A stretch of DNA of 35,846 nucleotides from an uncultured virus (IMG/VR IMGVR_UViG_3300043410_000946). Its lineage: Duplodnaviria; Heunggongvirae; Uroviricota; Caudoviricetes. Positions 8,815-17,779 of this stretch are shown here, one piece after another. The notes under the pieces are model-generated. The model was not told the origin of the DNA and ran no database searches. It saw nothing but the letters and a program-made list of their open reading frames with translations. Numbering within the stretch: the stretch's first letter is position 1; each line of letters starts with the position of its first letter. The position numbers and the translations under genes are program-made. The DNA lies in the IMG/VR virus record IMGVR_UViG_3300043410_000946. One strand, written 5' to 3'.

Positions 8815-9115
8815 TTAACCACTCCTTAGCCATTCGTCTACGCTCTGCTCTTTCTTTATCGTCTTGTTCTTTATCTAGTTTTGCCTGCAAAATCTTTTCT
8901 GCATTATAAGCAAAGTAATTCCAACTTGGTGACTGAGCAACCTTAAAGTATTGCTCTAGTAAATCGTAGCACATGGGAAGCCCATATGACTCAATAAGTG
9001 CATCTGACGCCCACTGCTCAACATTTAAATTTAATGATGGCTTTTGCTCATACTTTGCAGTATGTAATTTGCTATATCTTGAAAGCAAAGCCATGCGGTC
9101 TTTGCGTTCAGCCAT
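8807..9115 (-). CDS. hypothetical protein adjacent to the helicase
   Basis: 102-aa ORF coupled to both neighbours. Confidence 0.75.
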   Translation of the reverse strand: MAERKDRMALLSRYSKLHTAKYEQKPSLNLNVEQWASDALIESYGLPMCYDLLEQYFKVAQSPSWNYFAYNAEKILQAKLDKEQDDKERAERRRMAKEWLSE

Positions 9116-9330
9116 TATTCGTTAATCTCTGCTTTCGCTTCGTTAATCTTTTCAGTTAGTTTATCTTCAACAAACTTATAGACACGCTCAAATGCCTGAT
9201 CTGTATTTTCTCCGTCACGCTTGCTATCTACTACCCCAAGGTCCAATCGTAAAGATTGAAAATTGCCAAGGTTAAGTGTATATCCTAGTGTAACTGATAC
9301 CTTTGTTTCTTCCATGTTCATACCCTTCAT
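9115..9330 (-). CDS. small hypothetical phage protein
   Basis: VSVTLGYTLNLGNFQSLRLDLG beta-hairpin plus helix; TAATG coupling on both sides (start may be a downstream Met). Confidence 0.75.
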   Translation of the reverse strand: MKGMNMEETKVSVTLGYTLNLGNFQSLRLDLGVVDSKRDGENTDQAFERVYKFVEDKLTEKINEAKAEINE

Positions 9331-9872
9331 TAAATAGATTCAGACCACACTGGAATGAATCGTCCATCTTCAGTTCTCGTATATGTAAGTATACCGTCTC
9401 CCATTCGCCGTGTCAACTCTTGGCGTGATGGGGTAATATCATTTGTTATTAACTTATCTTTTCTTGGTCTACCAATATGGTATGTAGCAAGTATATCACG
9501 AATCTCATGAACCTGCGACTCAGAATAATAAGATCTTACCTGAAATCCTCTTGCCCCACCCTTTTGTGAACCCATTGGAAATGGTATAATTCCACGCTTC
9601 ATTAGTGATGGCATATATTTTTTATGACGATTAACTAAATCAGCAGTCTGCCCAACTGTGTAGGCTCTTTCTCTTTTAGTTTTAAAATCATTAATTAAAC
9701 AACTTTCTATTCTGTCTTTTGTAATGTTATAAACAGACATAATACCATTTGATCTATTCAGATGGTGTACACGAACAAGGTCTCCGTTTAGGAACCAGAC
9801 CTTTTTGTTCCCTGGGATTACAGGGAGGAGATTGTATTTCTCGCTCTCAATTGTTCCCTTTTTAGTAGCCAT
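9330..9872 (-). CDS. MerR-like helix-turn-helix DNA-binding protein
   Basis: YTVGQTADLVNRHKKYMPSLMKRGIIP...RSYYSESQV resembles a MerR/excisionase winged HTH; GGAGGG SD. Confidence 0.7.
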   Translation of the reverse strand: MATKKGTIESEKYNLLPVIPGNKKVWFLNGDLVRVHHLNRSNGIMSVYNITKDRIESCLINDFKTKRERAYTVGQTADLVNRHKKYMPSLMKRGIIPFPMGSQKGGARGFQVRSYYSESQVHEIRDILATYHIGRPRKDKLITNDITPSRQELTRRMGDGILTYTRTEDGRFIPVWSESI

Positions 9873-10009
9873 CTTCCCTCCGCAGTGCTTTCTGGTGGAT
9901 TATAAAAATTTCTTGAACCGCAATATAAACAGTATGTCTCTAAATGCATAACAGAACTATACTGTCTGTCAACAAACATTCTACGATTACACTTCTTGCA
10001 TGCGATCAT
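9818..10009 (-). CDS. small Cys4 zinc-finger protein (63 aa)
   Basis: CKKC...CLYCG; TAATG coupling to the upstream gene. Confidence 0.7.
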   Translation of the reverse strand: MIACKKCNRRMFVDRQYSSVMHLETYCLYCGSRNFYNPPESTAEGRWLLKREQLRARNTISSL

Positions 10010-10455
10010 TAGTTTGGAATACCGATTACAATAGCATTAACTCCAACTGATAGATCTCCACCAGTAGAATTAAATCTGACCACTCCTTGTGCGCCAGATG
10101 CTGTTATAGAACTTATAACAACAGTTACATTTCGTCCAGCAACAGTATTACCAACATTCACTGGTGTTGCAGTTACAATTGGTGGATACTTAAACAAAAA
10201 GTTATTAAATGGAATTGAGAATGTTACTTCTTCTCCAGAGGTTTTAGATGCGCTGTTAACTACTGAGATATAAGATGCAAAAATCTTTACATCTCCAACC
10301 TTGCTATATTGTGTTCCATTGACTGGAGTATCTACTGATACATTTTTAGTTGTTGACGAAGCCTCAGTTGCGATCTGATTTATGGCATTAGCCATCTCAT
10401 AGACGTATGTAACGTCTAATGGTTGTCCTCGTTCTGGTAGTGGTAATTTAGCCAT
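10009..10455 (-). CDS. putative minor tail/virion protein with a C-terminal beta-sandwich (H-type lectin-like)
   Basis: FKYPPIVTAT...TASGAQG...VNAIVIG pattern; last gene of the tail block; AGGAG SD. Confidence 0.55.
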   Translation of the reverse strand: MAKLPLPERGQPLDVTYVYEMANAINQIATEASSTTKNVSVDTPVNGTQYSKVGDVKIFASYISVVNSASKTSGEEVTFSIPFNNFLFKYPPIVTATPVNVGNTVAGRNVTVVISSITASGAQGVVRFNSTGGDLSVGVNAIVIGIPN

Positions 10456-10471
10456 GTTTTCTCCTAATACA

Positions 10472-10480
10472 ATTATACCA
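10472..10480 (-). promoter_or_regulatory. extended -10 promoter TGGTATAAT
   Basis: Perfect TGn-TATAAT overlapping the upstream stop codon, followed by AGGAG and ATG. Confidence 0.65.
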
Positions 10481-10904
10481 CTAGGGTATCTGTTCCTTCA
10501 AAAATTTGTAGCGCTGGATTGAGAACTTTCTTTATTCCCTGCAATTGAATAATAATATTAACTTTTACCGCTCCAGGATTTAAAAATGAATATCCGTGAC
10601 TGAAAGCCTCTCCATGATGAAAATATTCTGCATCATCAAAACTAACAAAAATATCGTATGCCTCTTTATCATTTCCATTTTCTGGATCTGTCCAGTAAAC
10701 TTGTACTCCCTTTTGGCTAATCTCTACGCTTCCGTCAACATTTTCTGCTTGTGGTGCAATAACACTATAGATTGGAGACCAGTGAGATGTTCTGTTTTTG
10801 TCAGATGAAATAATTCTATATCTAAATGAATAGTTATTGTCTGGGCCAATGGGTGGTAAGTTATCTTTTTTAATTACAACTTTTTTAATTCCAGATATTG
10901 CCAT
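10473..10904 (-). CDS. minor tail protein, fibronectin type III-like
   Basis: YSFRYRII...SHWSP and VYWTDP...YDIFVSFD motifs. Confidence 0.6.
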   Translation of the reverse strand: MAISGIKKVVIKKDNLPPIGPDNNYSFRYRIISSDKNRTSHWSPIYSVIAPQAENVDGSVEISQKGVQVYWTDPENGNDKEAYDIFVSFDDAEYFHHGEAFSHGYSFLNPGAVKVNIIIQLQGIKKVLNPALQIFEGTDTLVV

Positions 10905-12124
10905 TATTGTACATCCATGCCAAATCTAAATTCTAGATAGTTTGTAGTATTTGCAATTTTTACAATTGGCAAGGACCCTGTATTTTTAATGACAGAGTAT
11001 CCAGTCAATCCGTAGAGTGGATTTTCTACTGACTTATTCTCAAGCCTAAGTCCATCTAAACCAATATAGTAGTCTTCGCTTACCTGGCCGTTCTTTGTTA
11101 TGGATACATAGATTTTTGCAATACCTACAGATCCCCAAGAAAATCCAGAACTCTTTACAAGTTCCTGCAACTGCTTTGTTATAATGACATATCTATTTGT
11201 GCTAAAGTCCTGTTCAATATCTGCTTCTCCAGCAACAAAAGATGTGTTATCAATGTCGACTTCTAGCCTTGCCCATTGACCATCATCGTAAAGGTCTGAT
11301 GAAGAAAACTCAACCAAGATCTTTACATTATCTGGGCTTGATGTATCAGAGACAGACTTATTAATTACTGAAAATGCAAGTTTTAACTCATCCTTTGGAG
11401 AATTTTTACTAAAGTCAATAGATGTTCCAGTAAGGTGGATGTGATTTGATCCTTCTGCAGGAACCATTTTGCCAGATCCATCAATATTGAGGGTAGCATT
11501 ATCACCTTGAATCATGATAATATTATTTAAAAATCTGCAGCGCTCATGTCTATTTAGTCTTTCATTGTTAAACCCAGTAACAAATATCTTATTGTCAGCA
11601 TTTGTATTGAAAACTGGGGTCGCAGTTTTTGTTGCTACAGTAGAATCATATTGCTTTGTGGCTGGGTTTAGTTTGTACTCTCCAGCAATAACACCTGTTT
11701 CGCCGTCAACATCTAATGGAACATAAATAGTTGGAATTGCTTCTGCAGCAGACTGTGAGTGGTACTCCCAATTTTCTGCATCATTAAATGAGTAAATGTT
11801 TTTACTATCATATGCTCCTGCCACAGGATTTGATCCTGCTGAATAAACACCAACCTCTGTGATCTCATATCGTTCTTCTGTTGGTAGTTCTGCAGTAAGC
11901 ACGATCTTTGATACCCCGTCTTCATTTACATATCCACGAGATGTGATTGGCACTCTAAACATCTCAAAGTCCAGTGTTTTCTTTGTGGAGTAATCTACAA
12001 GGGTAAGATCCGCATCTGATGGCAGAGGCTTTGCTCCGCAACCGACAGCAATATATGAGGCATAGGCTGGAGCCTGCCCAACAAGATATTTGGCAATAAT
12101 GCCTTTCCCAGTATTAGTAATCAT
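10904..12124 (-). CDS. minor tail/baseplate protein
   Basis: N-terminal MITNTGK...IAVGCG...ITEVGVY resembles tail-fibre/baseplate anchoring domains; central beta-rich domain; synteny. Confidence 0.65.
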   Translation of the reverse strand: MITNTGKGIIAKYLVGQAPAYASYIAVGCGAKPLPSDADLTLVDYSTKKTLDFEMFRVPITSRGYVNEDGVSKIVLTAELPTEERYEITEVGVYSAGSNPVAGAYDSKNIYSFNDAENWEYHSQSAAEAIPTIYVPLDVDGETGVIAGEYKLNPATKQYDSTVATKTATPVFNTNADNKIFVTGFNNERLNRHERCRFLNNIIMIQGDNATLNIDGSGKMVPAEGSNHIHLTGTSIDFSKNSPKDELKLAFSVINKSVSDTSSPDNVKILVEFSSSDLYDDGQWARLEVDIDNTSFVAGEADIEQDFSTNRYVIITKQLQELVKSSGFSWGSVGIAKIYVSITKNGQVSEDYYIGLDGLRLENKSVENPLYGLTGYSVIKNTGSLPIVKIANTTNYLEFRFGMDVQ

Positions 12125-12621
12125 TAATTATTCACCTCATACATTGTACCATTAAACACGCTTGCGTCTGAAAGCATTTCTACCTCTACCTGCTCTTCTT
12201 GATCTAGGTTAATTACATTAATCACTAGGTCCCCCGTCTCAGAATCTAGATAAACCGTCTCACCATTTGGACCAGTCCCAGTATCTGGAACCTTCATCTC
12301 AAATCTAATTGGAAAACTCTTAAAGTATGTTGCAGAATGATCCTGAAGGCTCAAGATATTTTGTGGGTTATACTGTAGGTATATGCTGGTTAAATTTTTA
12401 ATTGGTGTGTATAGGATGGACTGTCCATTTAAAATGTCATTTCTTGAAATATTAATTAGTTCTTGTCCGCCAATATCTTCAAATATCAGGTCAACCATTA
12501 AGTCGGTTGGTAGGACTCCATTGCTTAGTGCAACTAATTCTGGTGTTGCAGGCTTTATAGCCGTTGACTGTGTTACAGTTGGGGTTGCTGCTGGTTGGTT
12601 TGCTGTTGCATCAATCGCCAT
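12124..12621 (-). CDS. minor tail protein
   Basis: Synteny in the tail block; TAATG coupling; GAGGT SD. Confidence 0.6.
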   Translation of the reverse strand: MAIDATANQPAATPTVTQSTAIKPATPELVALSNGVLPTDLMVDLIFEDIGGQELINISRNDILNGQSILYTPIKNLTSIYLQYNPQNILSLQDHSATYFKSFPIRFEMKVPDTGTGPNGETVYLDSETGDLVINVINLDQEEQVEVEMLSDASVFNGTMYEVNN

Positions 12622-15600
12622 TATGCTACCTCGCTTAAGAATATCTTCATGTCTGGGCCATCATTATTTCGTGAGTACTCTATATTATACACTACAAAGC
12701 GCTTCCCAGTTGTTCCAAGTTTATCTATTCCATTTTCAATATATTCAATATTGACAATATCCCCAAGTTGAATCATTGGGTTAGAAAATATGCTCACTCC
12801 AACAGACTTTCTAGGCTTCATGATTTTTGAGATTATCCACTTCATAAGGTTTTCAGCATCGTCATGTGTTTGGATATACGGAACATCTAACGTAAAGTCT
12901 TTATTTCCATATGTCATTCTGCTTAGTTTAATATCCTCATAATCTTTTGAAACCTTAAATGGGGAAGAAACTAGCGAAGAGCCACTAAACTGTGGATCTG
13001 AGAAGTCAGAGTTTTTCTTAAAGAACTCATCAACTGTAAGGTCTACTTGGCTTTGCTGCGTAAATGTTACTCCCTGAATTCTTAGGTAGTTTCCAGTTGT
13101 TTCATCAAGCGATAGAGCAGTGTCAGTGTTGTTAAAGATTAGGAACTCTGCACCATAGGATCCTGCTCTGAATCCAGAAACAGTGTATCCCTTTAACGAG
13201 TTAAAAGTTGGAGACATCTTTGCATATAGTGCTGGATATGCCTTGTCATATCTTACATTAAAAGTTGCTGCTTCTCTCATAATAGTTCCAAACTCATCAA
13301 AGTATATGTTGAAGTTTGGTGGTTGAGACTGACTAATTCCAGAAAGGTATGTTGACTGAATCATTCCGCTCATTGAGTACTTCTTGAGTGATTCGCTCAT
13401 GTTTATCTCAGTATCCTCAAATATTGAATTTACTGGAGTGTCTAATGAGTAGGCTGTATTTTGGCTATAGTTGTTAGTCACAGCATATATGTTTTCAAAC
13501 ATTACCCTGGAAGATCCACGAACAAAAAGAGCCATATTATTATATACTGGCAGTGGCTTATTGTCATCTACGCTTGCAATCAAGTTGCCATTGAGATATA
13601 AAAAGAATCTTCTCACTGTTCCCATATCTTTATACTCTACCGCTAGGTCGTATACGGTTGGAGTCTCTTCTGCAGCCATTCTATACTGACCAGTAAACTT
13701 TCCATCATCTACAACAATATTTGATAAGCCTTCCCATAATTTAACTGGAATTGCTTCTCCGTCCTTTTGCTCAATTTTATAGAACAGCATATTGTTTACA
13801 TTTGCTTCTGTTGTTACATTTGACATGTTTGATCCAAGAGCAATAATTTCAAAGTAATAACCATTATTTGTTTCTGGATTAAGCATTACTCCAAGTCCAC
13901 CAGAACCGCCAGTTATGCTTATGTTCTTTTCTGGTGTTGTTCCAGGAATAATAAAGTATGTAGAACTTCCAATAGCGGTTTGTCCACGATCTGTGTTGTT
14001 TTCAATTTTTCCAACAACCCTCATTCTTGTGCCAAAATGCTTAAATTTATCTGTCAATGGTTTATAAACATATGAAATAAAATCTGTTGGCTTCTCTGAT
14101 GTTGTAAAGGATGGTCCACTCATAACTAGTGCAGATGATTGAACGCTTCCAGTTTGTGTAGAGAACATCTTTCTAACTGCCTCATCTTCAATATATTTAG
14201 ATGATAAGAAGTTTTTGATAATTCCATTTCTTGTTGTTTTTTGTGCTATTAAGTTATTTGCAGAACTTACGCCTGCTGCACCTGCAGATGTAGAAGGAGT
14301 TTGCTGAATAAAAGAAACAGTGGCACCTGACAAATCCGTTGTTGGTGCAGGTGAAACTGTTATTTGTTTTTCACTTACTATTGCAGTAACAACGGTGTCT
14401 AGACCTACTGCTAGATTGCCTGTTCCAGAAACTAGCGCCAACTTATCACCAACTCGTATATTTGAAGAACTTGATACATTTACTGTTGCCTTGGATGACG
14501 ATACACCATAAAGTGTGCTTGCTGCTAAATCATAAAATAGGTAGTTAGACTTCATTAGACATCCACGAACATTGTTGTTATCAGACCAATATGAATCAAT
14601 ACCTGCATTGTGTTTTACTACCTGTGTTCCGAATTGGCCTCTACCGTGTTTTGCTACTGCTCCATCTTTAAGTTTTAAAATACCTTCTACTTCTTCATAG
14701 TTAGGCTCTGCATAGATGCGGACTAACCCAGTAGGGTATATCTTTCCATTAAATGGTAACTTTGAAAAATAGTTATCGTACTCCTGAACATTATTGATCC
14801 AAACATTTCCAATACCAGAAACATTATACTCAACAGCATCAAACTTAATAATCTCACCACTGCTATAGAAGTATCCGTTATACCTTGTAATCCAATAAAC
14901 GCCCTCACCAAAGTCAATCACATTATTCTTTACCTGATTATTTGAAATATATGGAACTACATCTGACAAATTAGCATTAAGTGGCATTGCGCTTAGCATA
15001 TAGGTTGATTGATTACCTACTTCACCATTAATTGATTTTGTGTTTTCTGTACCTGCAACTTCCCACAAAAGAACTGGCTTGTAAACCCAGGTCTTCTCAT
15101 TATCTACAAGGCTTGCTTGCTTAAGAGACCCAATGCTTCTTTGAATATGCTTTGTTGTATATAAAATCTTTCCATTGTTATATACCTGATTATTTTGATC
15201 AGTAATGTCAACAATGTTTGCTAACTTTGGTTTTGTATGACTATTTTTCACAATGCCAGTATCTGCAAAGTCAATAGATCCATAAAGTGTAATATCTGTT
15301 GCTCTTTGTTCTTCAGATGGCATAATGTAGTTTTTACTCATCATAACAAAGTTATTATATTCGTCAAAGAACATGGCGGTCTGTGTAGATACTGCTAGTT
15401 GATTTAAAATCTGAGCAACGCTTATGTCTGGTGGAATAAAGAAATATGGAATCGTCATCTCAGACTCTCCATCAACTCTCTTAAAGGTATAGTTTGAAAA
15501 TCCTATTGAATCAAAAAGCAGGGCTACAGCAGAACTAACTGTTGTCTTTGTTAGTAATATCTGTGGTGCTGTAACTGACTCAAGGTAGAAGTATAGGTCT

Positions 15601-17096
15601 CTTAGTCCAAGTTGTACAGTCTTATTTGCATTGCTTGTCTTTGGAAAGCCATCCGAGTACATTGTTTTAATTGGAATATAGTAATCATATCCATCTACAT
15701 TAACAACAATATCGTATACCTTGATCTGTAAATGTCTAGTTATATAGTTTGCAACAATACTGTTTGCATTATTAACATTAAATGCATCATCAAAATCAAA
15801 CAACTCTATGCTTCCAGTAGATGCCAATAATTGTCCAACTGGCATTCCGCTGATACCAAGGTCTGATGCACTCTTATTAATAGACACAGATTGTGTCTTA
15901 CCAGAAAGATCTACTGATAGTCTTGGTGATAACTCGATTAGGTCAAATGTTGCATCTCCCTTTACCATGCTGTCTACAACAATTCTTAATCCACGCAAAT
16001 ACTCAAATTCACGATACTTGCTTACACCGTCGCTTGGATTTTTGTATGTTACTGGTGATGTTAGATCTGTGACAAAGTTGGTTAATCGGTCTATTGTTTC
16101 TTCTTCTAGTTGCCATCCATATGTTGGAGTGAATGTCTCCCATGCACCATCAAACCAGATATGGAATGTTCCAATGCTCTCTTCATTTGGTGTAATTAAA
16201 TAAGCATAGCCATTGATTGCTTCCTGTGGCAAAAGAGTTGTCGAACTCAATTGCTCTGCAAAAACAAACACATCCTTGTATTTGTCTGGAACTTTTAAGC
16301 CATACGATAACTCTACATATCCATCAGACTTAATTACATTTGTGCCGTCTTTTCTTTTGGATGCTTCAGTAAATGAAATTAAATCTACCCAGTTGTTTCC
16401 CTTTAAAGATTGCACCTTCCATCTTAGTGGAACAGTCCTATTTGAGTCTCCGTAGAATGGGTCTGATGCTCCAAGGTCTATGTCTCCAACCCCAGTCTGC
16501 ATCTTAACTATCACTCTATTTGCTGGAACATTTTCTTTATAAACAACAAATGGAACAGCATCTTCAATTACCTTATTGCTAGATGTTTTGTTGCTTGAGA
16601 TTCCATACTCAATACCGTTTTCGGTTCTGAATGATGTCCAATACTTAAACTTATCTTTTTTATCGCCCATATAGTACCTTGGTCGTCTTGCCATATTAAC
16701 ATTTGAATGATGAAGATAAGATCCATTTAAGAACCTTGCCTTATTAATTCCAGATCGTGGTCTAAACTGTCCAAAGCAATCTTCTAAAGAATAAAGCATT
16801 TTTAACTTTTCTTTTGTTGATAATAGAGTAACTGGAAGACCACTGTCATCAAACCCACCATCAATCACAATATCAGAATCTGTTGCTCCAGTATAATACT
16901 GTCCAGCATCTGATAAATCAAATGTGTTCGGCAATGCGCTAAACTTTGAGTCTGACTGTGTTGGTCTATATCTATAGTTTCCAATTTTTAAAATGTTTGT
17001 TGGAATATTCATATTCCACTCTGCAATAATCGCAGCCTGACTTTTTACAACAGAACTTGTTTCAATGTGCGCTTTTAGTTCTTCGTTCTGAAACAT
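12621..17096 (-). CDS. large tail tip/baseplate hub protein (~1491 aa)
   Basis: Second gene after the TMP; beta-rich; hub-type C-terminus NPMIQLGDIVNI. True start probably ATG 17096 (MFQNEE, TAATG overlap) rather than 17129. Confidence 0.75.
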   Translation of the reverse strand: MFQNEELKAHIETSSVVKSQAAIIAEWNMNIPTNILKIGNYRYRPTQSDSKFSALPNTFDLSDAGQYYTGATDSDIVIDGGFDDSGLPVTLLSTKEKLKMLYSLEDCFGQFRPRSGINKARFLNGSYLHHSNVNMARRPRYYMGDKKDKFKYWTSFRTENGIEYGISSNKTSSNKVIEDAVPFVVYKENVPANRVIVKMQTGVGDIDLGASDPFYGDSNRTVPLRWKVQSLKGNNWVDLISFTEASKRKDGTNVIKSDGYVELSYGLKVPDKYKDVFVFAEQLSSTTLLPQEAINGYAYLITPNEESIGTFHIWFDGAWETFTPTYGWQLEEETIDRLTNFVTDLTSPVTYKNPSDGVSKYREFEYLRGLRIVVDSMVKGDATFDLIELSPRLSVDLSGKTQSVSINKSASDLGISGMPVGQLLASTGSIELFDFDDAFNVNNANSIVANYITRHLQIKVYDIVVNVDGYDYYIPIKTMYSDGFPKTSNANKTVQLGLRDLYFYLESVTAPQILLTKTTVSSAVALLFDSIGFSNYTFKRVDGESEMTIPYFFIPPDISVAQILNQLAVSTQTAMFFDEYNNFVMMSKNYIMPSEEQRATDITLYGSIDFADTGIVKNSHTKPKLANIVDITDQNNQVYNNGKILYTTKHIQRSIGSLKQASLVDNEKTWVYKPVLLWEVAGTENTKSINGEVGNQSTYMLSAMPLNANLSDVVPYISNNQVKNNVIDFGEGVYWITRYNGYFYSSGEIIKFDAVEYNVSGIGNVWINNVQEYDNYFSKLPFNGKIYPTGLVRIYAEPNYEEVEGILKLKDGAVAKHGRGQFGTQVVKHNAGIDSYWSDNNNVRGCLMKSNYLFYDLAASTLYGVSSSKATVNVSSSSNIRVGDKLALVSGTGNLAVGLDTVVTAIVSEKQITVSPAPTTDLSGATVSFIQQTPSTSAGAAGVSSANNLIAQKTTRNGIIKNFLSSKYIEDEAVRKMFSTQTGSVQSSALVMSGPSFTTSEKPTDFISYVYKPLTDKFKHFGTRMRVVGKIENNTDRGQTAIGSSTYFIIPGTTPEKNISITGGSGGLGVMLNPETNNGYYFEIIALGSNMSNVTTEANVNNMLFYKIEQKDGEAIPVKLWEGLSNIVVDDGKFTGQYRMAAEETPTVYDLAVEYKDMGTVRRFFLYLNGNLIASVDDNKPLPVYNNMALFVRGSSRVMFENIYAVTNNYSQNTAYSLDTPVNSIFEDTEINMSESLKKYSMSGMIQSTYLSGISQSQPPNFNIYFDEFGTIMREAATFNVRYDKAYPALYAKMSPTFNSLKGYTVSGFRAGSYGAEFLIFNNTDTALSLDETTGNYLRIQGVTFTQQSQVDLTVDEFFKKNSDFSDPQFSGSSLVSSPFKVSKDYEDIKLSRMTYGNKDFTLDVPYIQTHDDAENLMKWIISKIMKPRKSVGVSIFSNPMIQLGDIVNIEYIENGIDKLGTTGKRFVVYNIEYSRNNDGPDMKIFLSEVA

Positions 17097-17779
17097 TATG
17101 CCTCTTCCAGCGTAACAGATACATTCCAAAAATCATAGTTGCTTGATCCACGCTTTACAATATTATATGAAAAATCTGAAAAGAATACTTCCATGACTTC
17201 GCTATATTGTCCAAGGTGTCCATAAGAAGAATCGTCCTTGCCAAAATTAGGGTAGTTATCATAGGACAAAAATACCCAAAATGACCCCTGATGATTATTG
17301 TACCAATCTAGAAGTTCTGCCCCTCCAGCACCACCATCAGTTGTATATTGCTGGTCTACAGAAGATGAGGAACCAAAATTTCCTGACATATCTGACTTAC
17401 CATTTGAGTTAAAATTAGGAGACATTGCAAATGATCTGGATGGGATCATATCCCAAGATACCGTGATTTGCATTTTATCTGCAATATGATATGACCTCAT
17501 GCGACCATTAATCATTCTTTTGCGTGTTTCGATTCTTGTAGGCTTAAAATCGATTTTAGACCTATTGTCATCTGTTAGTATCAGGAACTCATCAAACAGG
17601 GCTGTATTGGCCTCTGAGCCTGTATTAGCCCCTATCTCATAGCCTGTTGGTACGTAGATCTTATTATCTGGATTGTCCTGTGTTGGGGCTGCTATAAGGG
17701 TTCCAGGGTTATCAGACCATAGCATTGCCTGTGGTCTTGCATACTTTTTCCTGCCATCCATATATGCTTTAGTTGCCAT
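17096..17779 (-). CDS. distal tail protein-like
   Basis: Immediately after the TMP; RMINGRMRSY and terminal WNVSVTLEEA are typical of Dit-like proteins. Confidence 0.65.
   Translation of the reverse strand: MATKAYMDGRKKYARPQAMLWSDNPGTLIAAPTQDNPDNKIYVPTGYEIGANTGSEANTALFDEFLILTDDNRSKIDFKPTRIETRKRMINGRMRSYHIADKMQITVSWDMIPSRSFAMSPNFNSNGKSDMSGNFGSSSSVDQQYTTDGGAGGAELLDWYNNHQGSFWVFLSYDNYPNFGKDDSSYGHLGQYSEVMEVFFSDFSYNIVKRGSSNYDFWNVSVTLEEA

Noticed and set aside
9899..9904. TATAAT upstream of the HTH gene
   Set aside because: Inside a coding region, lacks the TG extension, and is expected by chance in AT-rich DNA; not supportable without TSS data.
17097..17129. Upstream start (MECICYAGRGI) for the tail tip protein
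   Set aside because: Lies inside the distal tail gene; ATG 17096 has a TAATG overlap and a GAGG SD.
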